Below, piece by piece: positions 57,027 through 64,000 of a stretch of 64,000 nt of DNA. The translations under genes and the position numbers were made by a program. Position 1 is the stretch's first letter. Every line of letters starts with the position of its first letter. The stretch is from the NCBI GenBank assembly GCA_016186495.1, contig JACPLO010000001.1, forward strand, positions 11,907 to 75,906. Direction: 5' to 3'. Source of the DNA: Candidatus Niyogibacteria bacterium (GTDB taxonomy: Bacteria > Patescibacteriota > Minisyncoccia > JACROR01). The notes under the pieces were generated by a model. The model worked only from the letters and a program-made list of their open reading frames with translations, ran no database searches and was not told where the DNA came from.

Positions 57027-58385
57027 TTATTTTGATGACGATGTTTTTTTAACAATCGTCATATCAAGGCCAAGGTCTTTGAGAACCTTGGCAGTAAATA
57101 GATCTATAAGAATGTTGGCTTCATTTCCTTTGGCGCCAGCATTAGCATTGTTTATTTGAACTTCTGGCACCCATTTCTGTTTTGAAAGCTCTTCAAAAGC
57201 TTTGCTCATGATGTTCTCATAAGTTGTAAGCTTTTGTTCAAGAGCTCCATCAGCTTGAAGTACCATCTGTTTGCGTTTTGCATCGCCTTCTCCCCGAAGG
57301 ATCTGCTCCATTTTATATTCAGTCGCTGCCAGTTTCTTCTGTTCAGCTTCTAATTTTACTTGTTGAGCTACTTCTACAAGCTGTGTGGCGTTTATTACCG
57401 CCACTTCTTTTATTTTTTGAGCGTCAACAACCGCCTGAACTTTTTCAACTTCCTTGCCATATTTCGCCGTCATTACGTTTGCTTGTCCTTGAGCTTCTGC
57501 CGTAATCTTTATTTGTTCCGCTTTTTCAGCCTCGGCTTTAGCTTGAACTATAGCCATCAGCGCTTCTCTTTTTCTCTGAATTTGTTCAAGTGTTTTTGGC
57601 TCATATGTCCAGTTAACAATCTGACATTGGGTTACCATAACCCCATATTCTTTAAATGGACTTTTACCATGCATAGGTTCGTTTTGATCTTCATCTTTAT
57701 ACATAATAGTGGCTCTTTGGACTTCTTCTGTTCTGCCGGATTCTCCGGAAACTTTTAACGTAACTAATTTGGTTTTATAAGGGCCATTTATCATCTGATC
57801 TTCGGCCCAACGTTGGAATTTTTCTTTTGCCGTGGTATAACTTTCCTCGCTTGACATAAGCGAGGCAGTCAAATTCATAACATTTTGAGCAGTTACTTTG
57901 ATTAATGATTCAACAGTATGGTCATAGCTGCGAAAAGCGTTATGAATTTTTAAATCATTTCCACTATCAGCAGGCATTCTAAAACGAATTTTCCCGTAAA
58001 TATGGCCAGTGCCTCCGTCATTGTAACGAACCGGAAGCGCCTGACTGTTAGTTGAACCTAGTAGTTCTTCATCGGAAGGATTAATAACAGACTGCTGAAT
58101 AGTTATTTTTTTGCCATCAGCAGTCGTCATTTCCACTGGCTGCATATCCTGATCAACGGGAATTATGAACGAATATGTTCCCTCTTTTTTATACTCTGTG
58201 ATTTTTCCGCCATATTGCCCAAACATTCCCGGGTTATAAAAAATATCAAGTGTGCCGGTCACCGGCATCTGTCTGATCTTATAATATCCCGCGAAGTTGG
58301 TTTCAACAATTGATTTCGTTAAAATCCCACACAAAACTACAACAGCAAAAAATCCTATACTTAATATCTGTTTTTTCGTCATCAT
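57027..58385 (-). CDS. SPFH/band-7 (flotillin-like) membrane protein
   Basis: 452 aa; N-terminal TM, long Ala/Glu/Lys/Gln-rich coiled-coil (AKAEAEKAEQIKITAEAQG...). Confidence 0.5.
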   Translation of the reverse strand: MMTKKQILSIGFFAVVVLCGILTKSIVETNFAGYYKIRQMPVTGTLDIFYNPGMFGQYGGKITEYKKEGTYSFIIPVDQDMQPVEMTTADGKKITIQQSVINPSDEELLGSTNSQALPVRYNDGGTGHIYGKIRFRMPADSGNDLKIHNAFRSYDHTVESLIKVTAQNVMNLTASLMSSEESYTTAKEKFQRWAEDQMINGPYKTKLVTLKVSGESGRTEEVQRATIMYKDEDQNEPMHGKSPFKEYGVMVTQCQIVNWTYEPKTLEQIQRKREALMAIVQAKAEAEKAEQIKITAEAQGQANVMTAKYGKEVEKVQAVVDAQKIKEVAVINATQLVEVAQQVKLEAEQKKLAATEYKMEQILRGEGDAKRKQMVLQADGALEQKLTTYENIMSKAFEELSKQKWVPEVQINNANAGAKGNEANILIDLFTAKVLKDLGLDMTIVKKTSSSK

Positions 58386-58663
58386 TATTTTTCCTCCTTT
58401 TTCTGAAAAATGCCCTGTTTTTTTAAATTTTCATCAAGATTTTCTTCTAAATTTTGAGAGGTTTTACCGCCATATTTTTTCCTAATGTTTTTTAATAGCG
58501 ATATGGCATCCCGCAAAATTTCACTTTTTCTTTTCTCTTTTTCTACTTTATCAAATTTTTTTCTGATTTTTTTGATATCGCTATCTTCTTTTTTAAAAAG
58601 CTGATAAACGATATAAATCAGCACGACAAAAATCGTTAATTCTAAAATAATGTCAAAAATCAT
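58385..58663 (-). CDS. hypothetical small membrane protein (TM + K/E-rich tail), co-transcribed with flotillin-like gene
   Basis: 92 aa; stop overlaps downstream start. Confidence 0.35.
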   Translation of the reverse strand: MIFDIILELTIFVVLIYIVYQLFKKEDSDIKKIRKKFDKVEKEKRKSEILRDAISLLKNIRKKYGGKTSQNLEENLDENLKKQGIFQKKEEK

Positions 58664-58784
58664 TCTTTTTTACCTCCTTTCTTTTACAGTTTTTCTAATT
58701 GACATTATATAAATATGGATTAGTTTGTCAAGAGCAACAGGTAATCTGCACACACATATGGCGGTTTTCTCCTAACATGGAGAA

Positions 58785-59736
58785 ATGGCTATATCTATGT
58801 CAAAAACAATTAAAGAAGAGCGTTTACGATGGGTACTGCCCCTCATTCAAAAAGAGATAAGGTTAGTTGATGCGGCAAAAGTGTGTCCGTATGGTAAACG
58901 AAGCCTCGAACGATGGGTTGTTGCATATCGCGAAGGCGGCGAGAAGGCCCTGGAACCGAAGTCAACAGAACCGAAGCGTTATCGAACCGAAACCCTGATC
59001 TGGCTCAAAGAGAAGATCCTCGCCATCCGAACCGAAACCAAGAAATGCGCCCGGGAGATTCATTGGCAGCTCGAGAAAGAAGGAATTAAGATTGATACGC
59101 GCACAATCGGAAAAATCTTGAAAAAAGAGGGGCTCGTGCGGAAGTACCGGGTGAAAAGAACCAAATACAAATATTTCAAAGCTGAACTTAAATCCGGAGA
59201 ACTGGTCGAAATCGATGTGAAATATGTACCCGGAATGATCGCCGGACAGCAATATTTTCAATATACGGCGGTGGATCGGGCATCCAGATGGCGACACCTG
59301 GAAATATATGACGAGCAGATAAACCTCCATAGTGTTTTGTTTCTTGAAACGGTGATCGGTCGAGCGCCATTTACGATTCAAGCCATCAAAACAGACAATC
59401 ATGCTACGTTTACGAATTACTACACCGGAACCAATAAAAGAAGCGACCTTCTGGTAAAGTCGCTGCATGCTCTGGATGAGGAGTGCCGCAAACGCGGCAT
59501 CAAAACACTACTTGATCGATCCGGGCAAGCCGGCGCAGAACGGAACCGTAGAACGGAGCCACCGCGAAGACCAGGAAAAATTCTACGAAAGAAATAAATT
59601 CAGAAATTTAAAAGAGTTGGAAAGAAAAATTAAAATGTGGAATAATGAATACAATAATTTAGAGCACTGTTGCCTGAATGGATTATCACCTAACGAATTC
59701 CTTAGGTTGTCAGAAGTGCAAAATGTCCGTGGTTAA
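58785..59736 (+). mobile_element. IS481-family transposase gene interrupted by a frameshift (pseudogene or sequencing error)
   Basis: N-terminal HTH, rve core (DVKYV...TDNHATF); C-terminal LIDPGKPAQNGTVERSHR lies in +1 frame (ORF 59467-59736); shift maps to the A-run in GGCATCAAAACACTAC (~59497-59505); GC-richer than the rest of the window. Confidence 0.7.
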
Positions 59737-59766
59737 AACAGTGTTTTAACCACGGACATTTTCAAT
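59722..59766 (+). terminator. perfect 19-bp-arm palindrome / terminator at transposase 3' end
   Basis: AATGTCCGTGGTTAAAACA|GTGTTTTAACCACGGACATT followed by TTCAATT. Confidence 0.6.
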
Positions 59767-59793
59767 TGATAATGTTCGTGTTATTTTAACCAT

Positions 59794-60768
59794 ATGAATT
59801 TACGAAGAAGCAATAAATTTCGGGTGTCTTTCCCTTCCGGTAAATTTTATCTTAATTTTAAGACGGCGATTATCACCGGCGTTTGTCGGTCTGGAAAAAC
59901 CACTTTAGGCAATTTGCTTGCCACTTATAAAAATGTGGAACACGCAGAAGAGCCGTGGACTCTTAATTTATTGCCCACCATGATAAAAATGGGCGTTATC
60001 AAGAGAAAAATAGGAGCAGAAATGTTTAACGCTTATTTGCATGAATTGATGGTTCATACGGTGCTTTTGCGCCAAGCTAATTTTCGGCCCGGAGATTTAA
60101 GCGCTATTTGGACAAAAAAGCCGGAGAAAGAAATTTTATCAAGGCTGATAAATCTTAAAACTCGCGCGGATGTTCTTAATTTCGTAAAAAAAAATAAATC
60201 TGTCTTTCTTTTGATTATGCCGGAATCTCTGCTTTTTAATTTACCGGCTATATTTGATGCTGTGCCGGACGCCAAAATTATTCACGTGGTTAGAAAAGGA
60301 ACGGACGTGGCGCATCTTTTAAGCGGCAAAGAATGGCTTTCTGACAAACAACTTACCCGGCCTCCGCACGCGCGAATTTATTACGAGACGATACGCCGAA
60401 GTTATCCGTTTTATCTGCCCTGTTGGATAAAATTAAAAGACGCAGAACGATTTATCGCATCCTCTGAATATGAGAGAGGACTTTTATATTGGTGCTCGCT
60501 TATGGAAAATATGATTGAATCATTGAAAAAATCGGATAATAAAAAGCGATGCATGACTGTAAAATTTGAAGATCTTGTGGCAAATCCCGGAAAGACAACG
60601 GAAAAGGCGGCCGCGTTTTTAAATGTAAAGCCGTCATCAATGACCGGACCGATTTTGCGCGAGGTGAAAAATTATAAAAATATCCGCGCAGAAGTCCCTG
60701 TTTTGCCGGAAGAGCTGATTGCGAGAGTTAAAAAAATATATAAACATTTTGGATATGAGTGGAGTTAA
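59794..60768 (+). CDS. sulfotransferase-family protein
   Basis: 324 aa; PAPS 5'-PSB-like ITGVCRSGKTTLGNLL and 3'-PB-like IHVVRKGTDVAHLLSG. Confidence 0.5.
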   Translation: MNLRRSNKFRVSFPSGKFYLNFKTAIITGVCRSGKTTLGNLLATYKNVEHAEEPWTLNLLPTMIKMGVIKRKIGAEMFNAYLHELMVHTVLLRQANFRPGDLSAIWTKKPEKEILSRLINLKTRADVLNFVKKNKSVFLLIMPESLLFNLPAIFDAVPDAKIIHVVRKGTDVAHLLSGKEWLSDKQLTRPPHARIYYETIRRSYPFYLPCWIKLKDAERFIASSEYERGLLYWCSLMENMIESLKKSDNKKRCMTVKFEDLVANPGKTTEKAAAFLNVKPSSMTGPILREVKNYKNIRAEVPVLPEELIARVKKIYKHFGYEWS

Positions 60769-61699
60769 AAAATATTTTGAAGATAACGCTGAACAATGGA
60801 TATTAAACGGCTATGGCGACGACGGATACAATTATCCCACGGCTTTTCATCGCGTAAGGATAGTTTCGCGGTTTATTTCTTCTTTGAATAAAAAGAAGCT
60901 AAAGATTATTGATCTTGCCTGCGGCGGGGGAGATTTAGCTTGTCGTTTGGCGAGCGACGGACACATAGTGACCGGCATTGATCAGTCTCAAAAAATGCTG
61001 GATATCGCGGAAAGCAGGCGAAAGGAATTGCCAAAGAAAATTCAGAATAATATCAAATTTTTGCGGGGAGAAATAGGAAATAAACTTGATTTGGGCGGGC
61101 AATTTGACGCGGTTGCCGCTATGGGCATTATCGGCTATTTGCCGAATGATAAAATTATTTTTAATGCCGCGAATAGCCTGCTGAAATCGGGCGGCTATTT
61201 TTTAATTTCTTGCCGGAATCGTTTATTTAATATGGTAAGCATCGGCAAACGAACGGAAAAAGAGGTTAAAAACAAAGGAGCTATAAAACTTATAAGAGAA
61301 ATCGGCGCGCTCTACGATAAAGTGTCCGCTAAAGACGCGGAAAGATTTGTTAAAAATTTTAAAAAAATAGCCGCTGGTTTGCCGGAGAAGATGTCTTTTG
61401 ACAAAAAATCAATGCTTTCTCCAGCGGAAAAATACGCTCCCTATATTTCAACTTTAGATGTCGAGCCCAGACAAAATATGCCGGATGAATTAAAGAAGAC
61501 CGCTTTAAAGTGCGGATTTAAACATCGCGCATATTACGGCGTGCATCCGCATTTGATGGATCCTAATTTAAATAAAATGCTTCCGCCCCGGCTTTTTAAT
61601 AAAATATCGGGATGTCTGGAAGCGCTGGAGCATTTGCCGATGAGTCTCGCGTGGAGCTCGGTTTTTATCGGCGTGTTTCAGAAGAGCAAGCGCCGCTAA
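60755..61699 (+). CDS. class I SAM-dependent methyltransferase
   Basis: Motif I IIDLACGGGDLACRL; start ATG 60755 overlapping upstream gene end (ORF opens at 60719). Confidence 0.6.
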   Translation: MSGVKKYFEDNAEQWILNGYGDDGYNYPTAFHRVRIVSRFISSLNKKKLKIIDLACGGGDLACRLASDGHIVTGIDQSQKMLDIAESRRKELPKKIQNNIKFLRGEIGNKLDLGGQFDAVAAMGIIGYLPNDKIIFNAANSLLKSGGYFLISCRNRLFNMVSIGKRTEKEVKNKGAIKLIREIGALYDKVSAKDAERFVKNFKKIAAGLPEKMSFDKKSMLSPAEKYAPYISTLDVEPRQNMPDELKKTALKCGFKHRAYYGVHPHLMDPNLNKMLPPRLFNKISGCLEALEHLPMSLAWSSVFIGVFQKSKRR

Positions 61700-61707
61700 A
61701 CCGTTTT

Positions 61708-62574
61708 TCATATTTCTTTTTCGCAGTATAAATTAACAAATTGGTTATACGCGGTTCCGTCGCGCGATTCAGGAATAAATTTTTCGTAATCGCTGTCATT
61801 GTCGGATTTAATTTTTTCCATTGCATCAGGCAGAACGGCGAAGATTTCAAAACCGTACGCCGAAATTTTTTTCAGAAAATCAAGCGGATTTAAGGTTTTT
61901 TTTATCCAAGCCGGAGCAAACTCAAGCACCATTTTTATATTTTGATTTTTATTCAGTAAATTCTGCATGCCGGCAATGGCTTTAGGTTCTCCTCCTTCAA
62001 TATCCATTTTTATGATATTGATCCGGTTTATTTTTTCGCGCGCGATTATATTGTCCAAAGTGTCGGCTGGGACGCTTATTTTTCTCATTTTAAAATTCAA
62101 AGGTTGGTCGGGAAGCGTGCTGTGGCAGCCGGCCTTCTCTTCGCAGTGATAAAAATCAATTTCTCCGGCATGATCGGATATTGCCAGCCGGCAGATTTTT
62201 ATATTTTTGAGATGTTTCGTGTTTTTTTGCAATAATTCAAAATTTTCCGGGTCCGCTTCAAACGCGTAAACCACGCCGTTTTTTCCGGCTAACCGAGAGA
62301 ATATGCGCGTAAAATATCCGACATGCGCTCCGATGTCCACGATTACCATTCCGGGCTTGATTATTTTTTTAAACAAAGCGGCAGTCTCCGGCTCGTATAA
62401 TTCCCAAAGCATATCCAGTTTCCATCGCCTGATATAGTTCTTGGGAAATGAATAATGCCTGGAATACGCGTAAATATTTGTAATTGTATCTAATATTTTA
62501 TAAATTAATTTATCTAACCACGGCGAGCGTATAAATTTTCTATAGATTTTTCTAATAATTGAAACTATTGCCAT
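61708..62574 (-). CDS. FkbM-family methyltransferase
   Basis: 288 aa; VVDIGAHVGYFT and FkbM-like core. Confidence 0.65.
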   Translation of the reverse strand: MAIVSIIRKIYRKFIRSPWLDKLIYKILDTITNIYAYSRHYSFPKNYIRRWKLDMLWELYEPETAALFKKIIKPGMVIVDIGAHVGYFTRIFSRLAGKNGVVYAFEADPENFELLQKNTKHLKNIKICRLAISDHAGEIDFYHCEEKAGCHSTLPDQPLNFKMRKISVPADTLDNIIAREKINRINIIKMDIEGGEPKAIAGMQNLLNKNQNIKMVLEFAPAWIKKTLNPLDFLKKISAYGFEIFAVLPDAMEKIKSDNDSDYEKFIPESRDGTAYNQFVNLYCEKEI

Positions 62575-62619
62575 CTTATTTTAAGATTAAATTATTGCCA
62601 TAAATTTGTCTATTTTTAA

Positions 62620-64000
62620 ATGAAAAACGAAATTAAAAAAAATACTTCCAATAAAATAAAATTGGCCTTTTTTCTGGGCAGGAGGTTTACTTATATCGGG
62701 CACACAATCGCCATACTGTTAAAAGAAAGGCATGGATTGAATAATTTTTGCGCGTACGTGGCGATGCGTTCGGGATTTAATTTTTTAAAATCACAAAAGG
62801 ATATTCAATATAATCAGCTATTTCTGGCAGAAGATGTTTTCGCAAAATACAAGAATGAAAAGATTGATTTAGATTATATCAAATCACTTGAGCATGAATT
62901 TGGTTTGCCCAGTCTGTGGCCGTATATAGTGCTGGACAGAGTGCTAATTTCTAATTTATTTCTTCGTGCCTATCCTTCGGATACTCCAAAATATTCTCAT
63001 GAAGATATGCTTAAGATTTTTCAGGTGATCGCAAGAACAGTCATTGAATTTTTTGATAAAGAAAAGCCTAATTTTATACTTTTTTCGGCAATTACCGATC
63101 TGGGCACATTATTGCTATACGAGGCAGCGAAAAAGAGAAATATCAAAACTCTTTTTATCTGTTCTGTAAGGATAGATAATTTTTACATTCTTAGCGAGCG
63201 ATATGATAATTATAGCGACTTGAATGAATTATTTATAAAGATGCGCCAGAACATGGATAGTTTGGAAAATCAGCAGTATAAAAAAATGGCTAAGAATTTT
63301 TTAATAAGTTTTCAAAATAAACCGACATATTATGTAGAGAAGTCCAAAGCCGCTTCTTATTTTTTGGAAGATTATGCGAGTCTTATTTATCATTTTCGTT
63401 TTTTGTCGCCTTTTAGGATTGGCCAAACAATTCGTTGGTTTTTAAAAACACATTATGACTATTTCATAAATAAGGCCGGGGATAGAGATGATTTTACCAC
63501 TAAAAAGCCGTGGTGGGAGGCGTGGGATAAATTAGTCAGGAAAATCAGGGTGTTGGTTGGTTACGGAGATTTGTATGACAAGGAAAAAGACGGCGAAGAT
63601 TACGCATATTTTGCTCTTCATCTTGAACCTGAATCTCTTCCGACTCTAGTGGCGCCTTTCTATACGGATCAAAAATGGCTGATTAAGCAGATTGCTCGTT
63701 CGTTGCCTGTTCATTATAAGTTATATGTTAAAGATCATTCTAAAATGCTGGGTCTTCGCACGCGTTCGTATTATAAAGAGCTCAAAAAAAATCCTAATGT
63801 TAAACTGATTGATCCCGCGGTTTCCAGTTTTGAACTTATCAAAAAAAGCAAACTTGTTATTAATATTGTTGGCACTGCCAGTTTGGAAGCGGCTCTAATG
63901 AAAAAGCCCGTCATTATGTTCGGCAATATCTTTTTTGATAAACTGTCTATGGTTAAAATTTGCCATAATATTCAAGATTTGCCATCTTTGATTAAGAGCC
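62620..64000 (+). CDS. capsule-polysaccharide-biosynthesis-like protein (KpsS/LpsZ Capsule_synth-like), 5' portion; runs off window end
   Basis: ATG 62620, open to window end (not in ORF track because no stop); FALHLEPESLP and LVINIVGTASLEAALMKKPVIMFGN resemble Capsule_synth family. Confidence 0.4.
   Translation, partial: MKNEIKKNTSNKIKLAFFLGRRFTYIGHTIAILLKERHGLNNFCAYVAMRSGFNFLKSQKDIQYNQLFLAEDVFAKYKNEKIDLDYIKSLEHEFGLPSLWPYIVLDRVLISNLFLRAYPSDTPKYSHEDMLKIFQVIARTVIEFFDKEKPNFILFSAITDLGTLLLYEAAKKRNIKTLFICSVRIDNFYILSERYDNYSDLNELFIKMRQNMDSLENQQYKKMAKNFLISFQNKPTYYVEKSKAASYFLEDYASLIYHFRFLSPFRIGQTIRWFLKTHYDYFINKAGDRDDFTTKKPWWEAWDKLVRKIRVLVGYGDLYDKEKDGEDYAYFALHLEPESLPTLVAPFYTDQKWLIKQIARSLPVHYKLYVKDHSKMLGLRTRSYYKELKKNPNVKLIDPAVSSFELIKKSKLVINIVGTASLEAALMKKPVIMFGNIFFDKLSMVKICHNIQDLPSLIKS

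Noticed and set aside
57278-57758. Plus-strand ORFs 57278-57505 and 57360-57758 within the flotillin-like gene
   Set aside because: Antisense to a 452-aa coiled-coil CDS; low-complexity translation.
58962-59468. Minus-strand 168-aa ORF and 59188-59370 inside the transposase
   Set aside because: Antisense to recognisable IS481 rve domain.

Overview
This 64 kb window comes from a low-GC bacterium with a compact genome. Tightly packed operons with 4-nt start/stop overlaps, ribosomal proteins with terminal extensions, an orphan substrate-binding protein and many glycosyltransferases suggest a CPR/Patescibacteria (Parcubacteria-like) organism; that assignment is inference only. Bases 1-22800 are housekeeping: leuS, a TrmB-type regulator, glmS, ftsK, recA, the conserved rpsF-ssb-rpsR operon (minus strand), ychF, a phosphohexomutase, trpS, RNase J, secG, a TldD/PmbA-like peptidase, an orphan family-5 substrate-binding protein and tRNAs. 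Bases 22850-56800 are one ~34 kb glycan-biosynthesis super-locus. It holds three GT1 and six GT2 genes (one fused to an RfbA-like nucleotidyltransferase) and four paralogous ArnT/PMT-like GT-C membrane proteins. It also holds an NDP-sugar epimerase, rfbB, an FdtA-like ketoisomerase, a sugar C-methyltransferase, a gmd / DegT aminotransferase / hexapeptide acetyltransferase module and asnB. The locus further carries a nitroreductase-fusion protein, several SAM methyltransferases, a GtrA-like protein, a LAB_N-domain protein and two radical-SAM enzymes (one B12-dependent). Bases 57000-64000 carry a flotillin/SPFH-like membrane protein, a frameshifted IS481-like transposase of anomalous composition, a sulfotransferase-like protein, two methyltransferases and a truncated capsule-synthesis-like gene. 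Two observations stand out. First, an intact tRNA-Leu(CAG) gene is nested inside a second, interrupted type-II tRNA-like gene, bounded by perfect 13-bp inverted repeats. Second, those repeats belong to a dispersed palindromic (MITE/RPE-like) element family with core CCCGTTAGAA, found at five loci, two of them in-frame inside coding sequences. No rRNA and no CRISPR array are present.
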